Origin: Felis catus
Taxonomy: Eukaryota
Direction of reading: 5' to 3'
Length of the DNA stretch: 64,000 nucleotides
NCBI RefSeq assembly: GCF_018350175.1
Contig: NC_058373.1
Coordinates: 116,500,001-116,564,000, forward strand
Each line of letters starts with the position of its first letter. The stretch's first letter is position 1. The translations under genes and the position numbers were made by a program. Shown here piece by piece: positions 1 through 12,590 of the stretch. Under the pieces are notes generated by a model. The model was given only the letters and a program-made list of their open reading frames with translations. It was not told the DNA's origin and did no database searches.

Positions 1-735
1 TTAAAAAAACAAAAACAAAACCAAAATCAAACACACATAAAAACCATAAAGGAGGTTCTTAGTATCTACTTCTCAGCTGAGTAACTGTGCAGCCACTGCT
101 ATTCTATGTCAACTTAAATGACTAATGCTGGCCATTCCTCAGAAGTATGAGAGTTCTAGAGGAACTTACACAATTTCACAATATCTATTTCCTTTAAAGG
201 GAGGAAATAGAAAGAAACGGGAAGGTCGACCACCATGACCAGCTTGCTGACATTGAAGTGACAAGAGATAGGAAGATGGTCACTTAATATTATGCTCTTG
301 CTCTGGCCACATGGCAATATGCCCAGGGAACCGATTTTAATTTAATAACAATCAATATACTCAATAAATATTTGATGGTGATGCGTAGGCGGCAAGATGA
401 AATAAAAATACAGTACTGTAAAGATATCACCATAAAAGTTTTGCTAAAACTTAATTTTGTCATAAATATTTTAAGAATATTTTTGGACTTGGGTTATAAA
501 TATGACTTCTAAATGTATATTCTTCTAAAATTTTTAAAGATAATCAAATGTATTGAAGAGAAGAACTGAAAGTATAGTCAGTGTTTCTAATTTTAGCTTT
601 ATAAAAATCTGCCTCTCCCCAGTAGACCCAAAGTGCCTTGAGATTGGATCCATGTTTTATTTCGTTCTAACTCTGAACATTTCATACGGAGCACAGGGCC
701 TTACTTTCACTGGTGCTTCAGAAATATTACTGGTA

Positions 736-921
736 GGGGCACCTCGGTGGCTCCGTCGGTTAAACATCCGACTCTCGATCTCGGCTCAGGTCATGATCTC
801 ACAGTTTGTGAGTTCGAGCCCCACATTGGGCTCTGCACTGACTTGGAATTTTCTCTCTGCCCCTCCCTTGCTCTCTCTCTCTCAAACTAAATAAATACAC
901 TTAAAACTTAAAAAAAAAAAA
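736..921 (+). mobile_element. Can-SINE (SINEC_Fc-like)
   Basis: GGGGCACC head, tRNA-like A/B boxes, CT tract, A tail; imperfect TSD agaaatatta(c/t)tg(g/a)ta. Confidence 0.93.
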
Positions 922-1186
922 AGAAATATTATTGATAAGGATGAATGAAAAGCATATAGTTACAAATAAATGATCCAATATCTGTAGTAGGGTACTTGAC
1001 AGTCTGGGGTATTGAGTCTAGAATGAGTATATGTGACAGATGTACCACACCTACTTTCTGGTTTTGGAAGATGAGGAAATCATTCAATTAGACTGTGAAA
1101 ATTAGAAGTCTACTATTTGTTTAATTTCACAGAATTTTAATTTTTAACCTTATTGTTGTAGAATAAAACATTTAAAAACCCACAGA

Positions 1187-1387
1187 GAGGCACCTGGGTG
1201 GCTCAGTTGGTTAAGCGTCTGACTCTTGGTTTCAGCTCAGGTCATGATCTCACAGTTTGTGGGTTCGAGCCCCGCATCGGGCTCTGCGCTGGCAGTGTGG
1301 AGCCTGCTTGGGATTGTCTCTCTCCCTCTCTCTCTGTCCCTCCCCTGCTCACTCTCTCTCTCAAAATAAATAAATGAATGTAAAAAA
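1187..1387 (+). mobile_element. Can-SINE
   Basis: GGTGGCTCAGTTGG / GGTTCGAGCCC boxes, CT tract, AATAAA tail. Confidence 0.93.
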
Positions 1388-1440
1388 GAACCCACATAGA
1401 ACAAATGTATAGCTTAATGAATTATAAGGCTCACATTCTT

Positions 1441-1653
1441 TTTTTTTTTTTAATCTTTATTTATTTTTGACAGAGAGAGACAGAGCATGGGCAGGGGAGG
1501 GGCAGAGAGAGGGGGAGACACAGAACCCGAAGCAGGCTCCAGGCTCTGAGCTGTCAGCACAGAGCCTGACGCAGGGCTCGAACTCACAAACCGTGGAGAT
1601 CATGACCTAAGTCGGGGTCGGACGCTCAACCGACTGAGCCACCCAGGCACCCC
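1441..1653 (-). mobile_element. Can-SINE (SINEC_Fc)
   Basis: Reverse-complement SINE; TSD ggctcacattctt at 1428-1440 and 1656-1668. Confidence 0.95.
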
Positions 1654-1794
1654 AGGGCTCACATTCTTACAACCAACAGCAAAGACATCAATTTGGCCAG
1701 TCACCTGTCCCAAGCATGGGCCTCTCCCTTCTTTCTCATCCTTCCCATCCCAAGGGACCACTATCCTGACTTTTATGGCAGTGGTCATAAAAGT

Positions 1795-1953
1795 CCAGAG
1801 GTTTCGTCCCTATAGGGAGCTTGATAGTAATGCAAATTCTTGGTCTCTATCGCCGACCGACTAAATCATAAACTTTGGGGGTGGAGCCTAGTGATCAGTG
1901 GTTTGAGAATCCTTCACGTGATTCTGATGTGTTTTTAAAGTTTAAGAACTATT
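1795..1953. mobile_element. MER5A-like hAT-Charlie MITE
   Basis: gggagcttg..aatgcaaattcttgg..gggggtggagcc..gtgattctgatg..aaagtttaagaactattg resembles MER5A (recall). Confidence 0.7.
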
Positions 1954-2032
1954 GTTTTCTAGCCTTTGCTTGCTTGTGTTTCTTTAGTTTCATCTCCAAA
2001 GTATACATCTCTAAACACTGTAGTTTATTCTT

Positions 2033-2359
2033 TTTTATATATTAAATATAATTTATTGCCAAGTTGGTTTCCATACAACACCCCGTGTTCATCCCAACAG
2101 GTGCCCTCCTCAGTGTCTATCACCCACTTTCCCCTCTCCCCCGACCCCCATCAACCTTCAGTTTCTTCTCAGTATTTAAGACTATTTAAGAGTCTCTTAT
2201 TGTTTGCCTCCCTCCCTCTCTGTAACTTTTTTTCCCCTTTCTCCCCTCCCCCCATGGTTCTCTGTTAAGTTTCTCAGGATCCACGTATGAGTGAAAACAT
2301 ACGGTATCTGTCTTTCTCTGCCTGACTTATTTCACTTAGCATAACACCCTCCAGTTCGA
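2033..2359 (-). mobile_element. 5'-truncated feline-type L1 (3' UTR only)
   Basis: L1 3' motif gacttatttcacttagcataa; perfect 13-bp TSD gtagtttattctt at 2020-2032 and 2360-2372. Confidence 0.88.
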
Positions 2360-2401
2360 GTAGTTTATTCTTGACAATTTTTAAGATTTTATGTGTCTTT
2401 T

Positions 2402-2892
2402 GGGGCACCTGGGTGGCTCAGTTGGTTAAGCGTCTGACACTTGATTTCAGCTCAGGTCATGATCTCACAGTTCATGTGTTCGAGCCCCATATTGGGCTCT
2501 GTGCTGGCAGTGAGGAGCCTGCTTGGGATGGTCTCTCTCTCTCTCTCTCTCTCTGTTCCTCAACCCCCCCAACTTATGCACATGCAAGCACTTTCTCTCT
2601 CTCTCTCTGTCTCTCAAAATAAAAAGTAAAAGGGGCGCCTGGGTGGCGCAGTCGGTGAAGCGTCCGACTTCAGCCGGGTCACGATCTCGCGGTCCCGGAG
2701 TTCGAGCCCCGCGTCAGGCTCTGGGCTGATGGCTCAGAGCCTGGAGCCTGTTTCCGATTCTGTGTCTCCCTCTCTCTCTGCCCCCCCCCCCCCCCGTTCA
2801 TGCTCTGTCTCTCTCTGTCCCAAAAACAAATAAACGTTGAAAAAAAAATAAAAAAAATAAAAAGTAAAAATAAAAACTTAAAAAAAAAAAAA
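2402..2892 (+). mobile_element. Older Can-SINE whose A tail is split by a younger SINE
   Basis: SINE body 2402-2615; tail resumes after 2869; imperfect outer TSD aagattt..tgtcttt. Confidence 0.88.
2632..2853 (+). mobile_element. Young SINEC_Fc nested in a SINE tail
   Basis: CpG-rich body; TSD aaaataaaaagtaaaa at 2616-2631 and 2854-2869. Confidence 0.95.
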
Positions 2893-3393
2893 GATTTACT
2901 ATGTCTTTCACGTCTCTCAGAACCTAAAGGCTTCTCTTTCGGTCCTTTCTTTTCCTTACACTTTATCTGTTAAAGAACCCAGGCTACCTCACCTATAAAG
3001 TTTCTTACATTTTGGACTTTGCTGATTGAATACACAAATCTGAACTTGAATACATGAATTTGCTGATTGCCTACGTGATGCAGTTCAACATATTCTCCTA
3101 TCTCTGTATTTCTTGCAAATTGGGAGCTGGATCTAGAAGCTTAATTGGACCTCAGTTTGATCTCATTGGTGGCACCACAGGTGGTTCTCTGTTCGTTCTT
3201 CAGGAGGCATATCATGTCTGGTTGTCTGTCCTTTCGCGAGGTGAGGAGCTGTTGATTATGTCTAGATCCATTAAGTCATTTGGGGTTGCAAATTGGTGAT
3301 GTACTAATTCTATCATTTCTTTCTCATTTATCAGCTAGAATGCTTTTATGCAGAGATGTTTCCTTCGTCTACTAATCCAGTGGTGCAATTTAT

Positions 3394-3616
3394 TTTTTTT
3401 TTTAATTTTTTTTTAAACGTTTATTTATTTTTGAGACAGAGAGAGACAGAGCATGAACGGGGGAGGGTCAGAGAGAGGGAGACACAGAGTCTGAAACAGG
3501 CTCTAGGCTCTGAGCCATCAGCACAGAGCCCGACGCGGGGTTCGAACCCAGGGACAGTGAGATCGTGACCTGAGCCGAAGTCGGACGCTTAGCCGACTGA
3601 GCCACCCAGGCGCCCC
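3394..3616 (-). mobile_element. Can-SINE (SINEC_Fc)
   Basis: 16-bp TSD cagtggtgcaatttat at 3378-3393 and 3617-3632. Confidence 0.95.
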
Positions 3617-4103
3617 CAGTGGTGCAATTTATATAGAAAAGGTAATACATGCTTGATTCTTTCCTATTTTTTACCAGTTTTGAAGATAATAAATTAATTC
3701 TCCATGATTCTCCAAAGGTGACCAATTATTTTTTAATGTCCTTATGACTTGTAGATTTACATACATTTGAGAGGTTTCAATCCATTGCTGTTGTTGTTAT
3801 TGAAGCTCAAATGATCCCATCTTGGGCTAGTGGGAGTCACCTTCAGTGGACTCCTGAGTCCTCTGAGGGGACCCTAATAGTGGCTGGTAGCTTCCTTGCT
3901 ACCAGAAGATGCCGTAGGTTCATTCTGTACTTTTCCTACCCTGGACCTGATATCACTCCTCCAAGAAGTTCAGAGTGAAGTGGGATTTCCAGACCACAGT
4001 CTGAGGGCTAAGGGAGTCCACTAGGGTGGCCCATTGTTTTCAGGTCTCTTCACGAAAGGACAAAGTTATAAAATGTGCGTGTGTGTGCGCGCATGTGGGT
4101 TTC

Positions 4104-4611
4104 TGTCAGTCATCTAGTACTATGGGACACATTACCCCAAAAGGTAGCTGCTTAAAACAAGAAACATACGTGATCTCATTTCTTTGGATCAAGCACCTGA
4201 GAGTGGATTAGCTGGTGGTTCTGACTTAGGGACTCCCATGAGGTTGTAGCCAAGATGTCGGCCAAGGCTACAATCACCTGAAAGCTAGACATGGGCGGAA
4301 GACCCACTTCCAAGGTGGTGCACTCTACACCTGGCAGGTTGGTGCTGGCTTTTGGCCGGAGGCCCCACTTGGCTTCTCGGAAGAGCCTCTTTGAAGGTCT
4401 TTGAGACATGGCAGCTGGCTTTCCCCAGAGTGAGCGATCCAAGAGAGCAAGGCAGAGACCACTGCCTTTTATGATATAGCCTTGGAAGTCACACTCCATC
4501 ATTCCCAAGGTATCCTACTGGTTTACACAGGGGAGGAAAGGGGTGGGGCCTACACACGGGCATAAACATCCACAGCACAGAATCACTGGAGACCATCCTG
4601 GAGAATGGCTG
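4104..4611 (-). mobile_element. MaLR solo LTR (MLT1F-like)
   Basis: attaccccaaa..gcttaaaacaa and gacccacttccaaggtggtgcactc motifs typical of the MLT1 reverse strand (recall). Confidence 0.75.
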
Positions 4612-4744
4612 GTATTTTGAAGATAGCATACCTCACAAACTAATACTGATACTTCCATTTCACATGCGGGACTTGAGGTTTTTATTTGATTTACTCTGTA
4701 TTTATGTCTTTTCTTTCACACGGAGACACCCAGAAATTAGAATA

Positions 4745-5489
4745 CAGTAATCTCCCCTTATTTGTGGGGGTTCCAAACTCTCAGTAATACCTGAAACCTC
4801 AGATAGTACCAAACCCTACTATATATATATTATATATGGTATAACACACTGTATATACACATGTGTGTGTATATACATACACACACAGTATACATGTTTC
4901 TTCCTATGCATACATCCCTATGATAAATTTTAATTTATAAATTAGGCACAGTAAGAGATTAACAGTAATAACTACTAAAATAGAATGATTATAACAATCT
5001 ACTGTAATCAGAGTTATTTGAATGTGGACTCTCATAATATTGTATTCACCCATCTTCTTGTGATACTGTGAGATAACAAAATGCCTACATGATGATTTGA
5101 ATGAAAGGCATTGTGACTTGCGTTAGGCTACTCCGGACCTTCTGATAATATGTCAGGAGGATCATCATCAGCCTCCAAACCGAGGTTGACTGCAGGTCAT
5201 TAAAACCACAGAAAACAGGGGCGCCTGGGTGGCTCAGTCAGTTAAGCGTCCGACTTCAGCTCAGGTCATGATCTCACAGTTCGTGGGTTTGAGCCCCACA
5301 TCGGGCTCTGTTCTGACAGCTCTGAGCCTGGAGCCTGTTTCAGATTCTGTGTCTCCCTCTCTCTCTCTCTGCCCCTCCCCTGTTCATGCTCTGTCGCTGT
5401 CTCAAAAAATAAAAAATAAACAGTAAAAAAAATAAAAAATAAAAAATAAAAACCCACAGAAAACAGAAACCATGGATAAGGAGGAACTG
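4745..5489 (+). mobile_element. MER44/Tigger7-type TcMar DNA transposon
   Basis: TA then cagtaatctccccttat at the start and ataaggaggaactg at the end (degenerate TIRs); internal aatttataaattaggcacagtaagagattaac. Confidence 0.85.
5218..5448 (+). mobile_element. Can-SINE inserted in MER44
   Basis: SINE body with TSD aaaac(c)cacagaaaaca. Confidence 0.94.
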
Positions 5490-5524
5490 CCATATCTCAT
5501 AATTACCCATTTGTTTTTAGGTTA

Positions 5525-5960
5525 ATTCAGGTCTTTCAAGAGTCAAACACCCTGGGATTAGACACGTAAAATATCCGGGAGGAGAAAAGGGGAAAGGGGA
5601 AGAAGAGAGGCGGCAGTAGCCTGCAGTCTAGCACCTAGGAAAGGGACTGGGGGTGAGGGTGGGGGGGGAGGAGGATGGGTAGGAAGAACCCCAGACTGCA
5701 CCCCAGCTGTAAGAGAGTTTCGGCCACGTGGATGGGGAGCCCTGGAGCCAAAAATGTCAGCTGCAGTCACGTGACCAGCAGGAAGCAGCCCCTGGACTAA
5801 GGTACCTCTACTGTGCTCATTCACTGGCTGGGAGCAGCCTTGGGGGCGTGGCCTCTGTTTGAACACAGCAGGAGATCCAGAGGGCCAAGTTGGGGTTGTT
5901 AGTCCACTCTGCTCCCCAAAGGGGGGGGGGGGTGATAAAAAATGAAAAGTGGATGCTGTG
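5525..5960 (-). mobile_element. Probable ERVL solo LTR (LTR16-like)
   Basis: gggtaggaagaaccccagactgcac..ggggagccctggagccaaa resembles the LTR16 family (recall). Confidence 0.5.
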
Positions 5961-6076
5961 GCTTTACCCCACATTATACACAACAGACTCTGAATAACAA
6001 TACCAATACTCTCACCACCTATATGATCACTGAAAAGAGGTCCAGGGTTCTTGTACCTGCTCTCTCCATAACCCCC

Positions 6077-6108
<32 letters not shown>

Positions 6109-7570
6109 TGCTTCTATATTTATAATTCAGAATCTAGTCATCGCATACGGTATTCTCCCCCTTTTAACGCTCATTTAAGATGTTTATATTTTTACCAATC
6201 CTTCTGTGGGGCTAAAGTTACATCCTTTCCCTTGGTGTCTCCTTTGTCCTCACCATAATCAGTAAGGCTTAACTTGGACTGCAGTGTATCCTTTTGTATT
6301 TGAGAAAGGATCTAAAATTCTAACTGAGCACAGCCTGGTTACTTACACTGCTCTAAGTAGAATGTAATAGGTCTAGGACATTTGGTCACATACGTGACTT
6401 CAAAGCCCAGACTGGATGAGCCCGAGCTGATCTGATGGCTCAGTAGGTGGATACATGACCTGTACCCAACTTCCCAGGCCCAAAGAAGGGGTGTAAAATC
6501 TATGTGAAATTTTTTTTTTTTTAATCTAAAACAGAAGTTCTTGAGGAGATGTGGCCGTCAGCAGGCTCCTCCCATGACCCTCAGACACGAAGAGTGTGGA
6601 GGCCAGGGGCGACGTGGGTGGCTCAGCCCTTCTGCTGTTAGAGGTAGTACATCGGTGGAAAGTTTGAGAAGCAATCGATCTATATACAGCTCAGGGATTA
6701 GGGAGAATTTTTCAGCTTTTTAACACATCGTTTAAATAACAATATGTGAAGCTGGTGCAGCAGAGCGATTATTCTGGGGGCACAGGTTTTAGTGTGGGCT
6801 TTGTGTCTTCCCTCCTCTTTCCTATTCATGGCCCCTGAGTTTTCACAATTTAAAATGGCTCTGTAAATCAGTTAAGTACACAGAGGCAAATCCAGGCAAA
6901 CTCACATTCGTGAGAAGATTCCCAAGAAGAGGGCTCCCTGTGAGAAAGTGCCATTGAACTCTTTGATAGTTCATCCTCGGATGAATAATGTGCAAAAGTT
7001 ACAAAGGATCTCTTTGGCCTTTGGTGTGAGAACTACTGATTAATGTTTTTGTCCCTTTTCCTTGATCTTTACCCAAAATGGAATGATGCTGGCCTTCCAG
7101 ACGCTGGAAAGTTCTGGCTGGCTGGTTCAGCATGCTCACCAGGCTGCCGTGGAGTCCACTGTGTGGAGTCTCACTGGGCAAGGAAAATGTCCCCTGGCAT
7201 GGGGGCAGCGACTAACCACCTAGGCAGGGAAATTCATGTCCGGTGCAACCATGTGTATTCCAGCTCTAAGTCAGTCCTCTTACCCCTTAGAGATCGGAAG
7301 AGAAGGATAAAAAAGCAAATGGGCTTCTGGCGTTGGCTCCCGATTTCTCCTGTGGGCTAAATTCTTCCCACTCAAACCAAACACCTCCCACCTGCCAAGA
7401 AAAAAAAAAAAATCTGGCTTTTTTTTTTCTTTTTTAATCAGACTGGTGAAACGGAACATAGAGTGACTGTTTTCATTACAAGAAAAGTTTTCATTTCTCA
7501 AGAAGAGCATTTGCCAATAGATTCCTTTGAATAACTAAGTCCCTGGGCATGTTTGAAAGGAGCTATGGCT

Positions 7571-7830
7571 GGGGTGCCTGGGTAGCTCGGTCGGTTAAGT
7601 GTCTTCATTTTGGCTCAGGTCATGATCTCATGGTTTGTGAGATCGAGCCCCATGTCAGGCTCTGCCCTGACAGCATGGAGCCTGCTTGGGAGTCTCTCTC
7701 TCCCTCTCTCTCTGTCCCTCTCCCATTTGTGCATGTGAGCATATGCACATGTTCCCTCTCTCTCTCTCTCTCTCTCTCAAAATATATTTTTTAAAACATT
7801 AAAAAAAATCTTTAAAAATAAAAAAAAATA
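7571..7830 (+). mobile_element. Can-SINE
   Basis: SINE body; imperfect TSD aaaggagctatggct / aaaggagatatgact. Confidence 0.92.
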
Positions 7831-8099
7831 AAAGGAGATATGACTGATGATGGCAAGACACACAGGGAGTTTTTTGGTAACACAGCCCACACTTGTCACT
7901 GGGGTGGCCTTGCCAGATAAGGACTGCGGAGACCCGTGTGAACCAAAATTGCATTCAAATAGCATTTCTAGAATCACAGTGGAGGGGAAGTGTCTTTGAA
8001 CGTTCAAGGTCTGACTCCAACGTTCTGAAGCCGGGATGTGTCCTTGTCCTTGTCCCGTCAACCGGCACCTAGTGACTTCAAGGAGGCTTGCAGCTGTAC

Positions 8100-8330
8100 T
8101 GCTCTGAGAGTGTAGAATATAAGGCCTGGCGGCTGCCTGGATTTAAGTCCCAGCTGCGCCCCCTTGCTAGTTCTGTGATCTTGGGAAAGTTACTCAATCT
8201 CTTCGAGGCTTTGTTTTCTTATCTGGAAAATGGTTGACGTGAGGATTAAATGTGATAATGTATTAAGTGTGATACTACACGTAAAACCCGATCTGCCTGC
8301 TACACACTGAGTTATTAACTACTATTAATA
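8100..8330 (+). mobile_element. MIR SINE
   Basis: tgtgatcttgggaaagttactcaatctct..ttttcttatctggaaaatgg..gtgaggattaaatg MIR core. Confidence 0.75.
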
Positions 8331-8638
8331 GCTCTTAGATGAGCAGGATGCCATTCTTCAGGCCCAGCAAAGAGGTGGACAGATGTCCTGTTCTGTTCTC
8401 ATTACATGATCCGTGAACCAAGAGACGTCTCAATATGTAGCTTCTGCTGGTATCTAATTAGCACGGAGAGAACAATTCTATCTGACACTGCTGTCTTCAG
8501 CTCCTATCTCCTTAAAGTTCAAATGATCAATATTAAACACCTCATCCAGCGCATCAATTTCTCCAGGGTACAAAAGGCAGTTAACTCCTTCAAGTGACTC
8601 CGTGGAGATGTTTGTTAATTAAAATCAGAAAATCTACA

Positions 8639-8853
8639 GGGCGCCTGGGTGGCACAGTCGGTTAAGCGTCCGACTTCAGCCAGGTCACGATCTCGCGGTC
8701 TGTGGGTTCGAGCCCCGCGTCAGGCTCTGGGCTGATGGCTCAGAGCCTGGAGCCTGTTTCCGATTCTGTGTCTCCCTCTCTCTCTGCCCCTCCCCCGTTC
8801 ATGCTCTGTCTCTCAATGTCCCAAAAATAAATAAAAAACGTTGAAAAAAAAAA
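8639..8853 (+). mobile_element. Young SINEC_Fc
   Basis: CpG-rich body with gggctgatggc; TSD agaaaatct(a/t)ca. Confidence 0.94.
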
Positions 8854-8962
8854 GTTTAGAAAATCTTCAACTGCTATATCAAGACTTTTGTATAATTAAA
8901 ACAATTGGAAATAATTTTTTAAAATTTCTTGGTTAAGATTATTTCTGCTTTAACCTTTGGAA

Positions 8963-9105
8963 ATGGTTCTCAAAGAGTCATCCCCGGATCACTAGTATTA
9001 ACAAAACTGGGAAACTTGTCAGAAATGCAAATTTTCGGGCCCTACCCCTGATGTATTAAAACACAGCCATCTATGGTTTAACAAGCTCTCAGGTGACACT
9101 GATCG
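8963..9105. mobile_element. MER5A-like MITE
   Basis: tggttctcaaag..ctgggaaacttgtcagaaatgcaaattttcgggccctacccc..tttaacaagctctcaggtga. Confidence 0.75.
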
Positions 9106-9763
9106 ACAGCATGAACGGCATGTAGAGCCATGCTTCCCACTGCACTCTCACCTGCCCCCACCCCTGACAGAGATCGTTAACAAAGCTAAGCATCTTTCCC
9201 ATTGAGTCTGGATGAAATCTCAGCACCCTTTTAAAGACGGTGCCCACAGTCACTACAAGTCAATCAGAGTTGGCTTGGCTGGTTAGGAGATGGTACTCTG
9301 AGGTCTCAGTTGAGCATTCCTTTAATTCCTTGAATTTCCCTGAAGGAAAATCGTGGCTCTCCCTTAATAGGTCAGGAGACCTCAGGACAGTAAGAAAATA
9401 AGTTGGATTTCTAAACTTTCACCGTCAAATATCATCCCTGACATATGCATGCCCAAGAACAACAGCATATGGAATTTCCCCCAATTAGCAACATTGCCAC
9501 AATATCTGTAGTCCAAACTCTTGCCTTGATGTAGTTACCTTGAGCTCAGCCTTGATGTAGTTACCATTCAAATCCTATCGAACCATGTTAAGTGGTTCCT
9601 ACTATTTGATATAATAGGAACATCACATTCTATCTACCTATCTATTTCTAGTTATTCTATTATGCTAATGTTTTGTAAAAAGCTAGATCACAAAACATTT
9701 GTATACCAGGACCTGATTAACATTAATCCTTTTGGGCTGTACCCTCCTGCCATAAAACGCCCA

Positions 9764-9792
9764 AACAACAACAGCAACAACAACAACAACAA
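9764..9792 (+). repeat. (CAA)n microsatellite
   Basis: aacaacaacagcaacaacaacaacaac. Confidence 0.85.
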
Positions 9793-10934
9793 AACCCATC
9801 TTTTGAAAAAAACCTTTGAGATGACTTTCAATGGGACATATTAAGGAAAAAATAGAAAATGAAAAGTTTTGCAGATTTACAGGGATGCACATTTACCAGG
9901 ACTGTAGGAAAATGTGGTTAATATGGTTAGGCATTATTCTTAGCTTTGAGCTATAGAGAAATATAGAAGGTTAAATCATTCTCATTACCTGGATAAAGCA
10001 AAGTATTTTCACTTTTCAGATGAAACACTTTCCTGGAATGTAGATATTGGGATTCACACGTGATGTTACGGTATTTGTTACCCTGGTCTGCTAGAACTCG
10101 TCTTTCTCCTTGTATTTCTTTTATCTGAAAACTTAGTCATCAATATTCAGTGTAGATTGGCCAGACAGCACAAGATCAACCCTTATTCAGGCTTATCCTG
10201 TTTTATCACTGTCTGATTGTTGTTGTGGTCCATTATTCAATGTACAACACTCAAAAATTTCCTTTTCCAAAGTGGAACTTTATTTATCTTTGACCATATT
10301 GCCTAATAAATTAAAGTTAACTTGCTACAAATCTTCATTGAATGAGGTTACTTCCTTAATAGCATTTCTGACAGATGGCTATTGCTGTTAGTGACAGCAG
10401 TTGACATCCTGGGAATTTAAATAGTCAAAGCAATTCAATGTGAATTTATTTAGTAATCTATTATGTGTCATAAACGGTGTGGGTTGGGCTTCAAGGCATG
10501 CTGGGAGTTCCCAGCTGGGAAGAGGATTTGAGCTAAAGTCAGCGAAGACCAAAATCCAATCCAGGTCCAAGTCCAAGATCAACAAGTCTTATCTGGAAAT
10601 GTAGAATGGGACACGATGCAGAGCATCATGAGCAACAAATAGTACTTGTTCTTAAGGGTCAAGTCTGAGTCCAAAATCAGGGACATTTGTTCAGATTCCA
10701 GGAAGTTTTAACTGCTTGCAGGTTTAGAGAAAGAGATTGGCAGGAATTAGCTGCGACCATGTCTTCTATTCATACGAAGTTCTAGCAGGAAACTGGAGTG
10801 GATTCCAGTAGTGTAAGGAGGGAGGCTGTGGCTGCATGTATATATTGCTGCCCAAAGACTAATTTCATTTCTGAACAAGTTAGACATTGAAAATAGAGCT
10901 GCAGATGACTTTCACGCTCCACCATGGCAGACAC

Positions 10935-11578
10935 TGTTATATGCCTGTCTGGTATCCAAGGTCTTTTTCTTCCTTTTTGCTTGTTCTGGGCAGCAATGTG
11001 CCCAGACCCAAACAGTGGATTATGGAAGGTCTAAGCTAGTCTTAACAGTCATGGTCCCCAGCTTCCTAGACTCCCATGTAGCCCAAGTGCCATATGACCC
11101 AGTGATAGCCAATGAGACAGAAGGAGAGTTTTCTGAGGACACTTTTGGCAAAGCTTTTTTTTTTTTTTTCTTTTAAAAGGAACAGAACTGGGGCACTTGG
11201 TGGCTCAGTTGGTTAAGTGTCCAATTCTTGATCTCAGTTCTGGTCTTGATCTCAAGGTCGTGAGTTGAAGCCCCACATGGGGCCCCAACTGGGTGTGGAG
11301 TCTTCTTAAAAAAAAATAAATAAAACAAGAACAAAACTAAACTAAAAGGAACAGAACTGGCACAATCCTTCACCTCTTCTCACTTGCCTGAAACTTGTAA
11401 CCAAGAAGAAAAAGCCAAGAGAATCATGGCAATGCCAGCCCTGTCATCACTGAGCCACTAAACTAACGCCAGCAGCCACTTTGTCCAGATGGCTGTGATG
11501 TAAGAATTAAAGCACGTTTGTTTAAGCCATTGATAGATGTTCTATTATTAACAATGGAAATCATTCCTAACTGATACC
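10935..11578 (+). mobile_element. ERVL solo LTR (LTR33-like), split by a SINE
   Basis: gggcagcaatgtgcccag..tgacccagtgatagccaatgaga..ttgtttaagcca..cattcctaactgatac (recall of LTR33 consensus). Confidence 0.65.
11190..11342 (+). mobile_element. Short Can-SINE (no CT tract)
   Basis: 16-bp TSD taaaaggaacagaact at 11174-11189 and 11343-11358. Confidence 0.9.
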
Positions 11579-12102
11579 CAACTCACTATGGAGATGGAAA
11601 TCCTAGCCACTATCACATTCAGAAACTGGAGCTGAGCATGTAGGAGGCAGAAGATAGGAACTAACATGGCACACTGAACTTGGGGCTAAGGGCCATGGAA
11701 AGGAGAATGGCAGTAATCCTGCTTTAAGAACGCTGTAATTCTGTTTGGGAGATGGGACTTGTGACATGGTCTGATCAGATCCCATCTGAGATATTTGCTC
11801 TAGTTCAGAAGATCGTACTTTAAGATGGATGTTTTCTAAGATCACCCTTAGGATAGTGAAGACATTGCAAAACACGTCATGGAAGAAATGGTTGAAGTAA
11901 GAGAACTGTAGCCACCAGGATGTTGGTATACGGAAGGAATTCCCCCCTTAGGTGATCCATTCTACATACTTGACTCTTATTGTACTAGGTAGAAGTTCAG
12001 TGGTCTCTAGACTCAGTCATAGCTGGTCCCAGTCTGGGTTCCAGCCCCTATTAGATATATGCTCTTGACAAAGCTGTTAAAACTCACTACTTCTCTAATT
12101 AA

Positions 12103-12204
12103 GACATGGTGACTATAGTAATAACACTGTCTTATATAATACAGTGCTAATACAGTGATATTTGCTAATAGAGTAGACCTTAAATGCTCTCTCACAAAAA
12201 CAAC
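12103..12204 (+). mobile_element. ~100-bp L1 3' terminal fragment (L1MA9-like) inserted into a MIR
   Basis: acatggtgactatagtaataacactgt..gctaatagagtagaccttaaatgctctc; degenerate TSD ctcactac..aatt on both sides. Confidence 0.65.
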
Positions 12205-12590
12205 AATCTCACTACCTCTCAATTTCCTCATCCCTCAAATGGGGACCATAATAGTTACCTACCTCATAGATATGTGTGAAGAATAAATGAAGTAATCCAC
12301 ACAATGCACTTATTCAATGCCTGGAGCACAGTAAATGTTCAATAAATACTTTTTGTATTATTTTGAGAAGTAGTTATGTACATGGACTCTGGAGTCAGAA
12401 TACCTTCAAATCCTGAATTTATCATTTTCTGGCCATAGAACCTTGAGTACACCTCAATTTCCTCATGTGTAAAGTGAGGATAATGACAGCACCATCCTCT
12501 ACAGATGATTGTAAGAATTAAATCAAATAGTGCAAGTTATGCTCTGGGCACAGTTAAGTGACCAATAAATGTTGGCTATTATTATTATTA
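12205..12590 (+). mobile_element. Two tandem MIR fragments
   Basis: ctcaatttcctcat..aaatgggga..aatag..acctacctcatag, and a second core near 12450-12590. Confidence 0.7.

Larger units (their letters stand above)
2910..6190 (-). mobile_element. Fragmented ancient L1 3' region (L1MC4-like), interrupted by later elements
   Basis: tctgtatttcttgcaaattgggagctggatctagaagctt and collinear-looking pieces near 4620-4740 and 5960-6190 resemble the L1MC 3' end (recall). Confidence 0.6.

Noticed and set aside
6082..6108. Long A run (and the T runs near 31899 and 63500) as poly(A) insertions
   Set aside because: No flanking target-site duplication, unlike 32475-32527; treated as mononucleotide microsatellites
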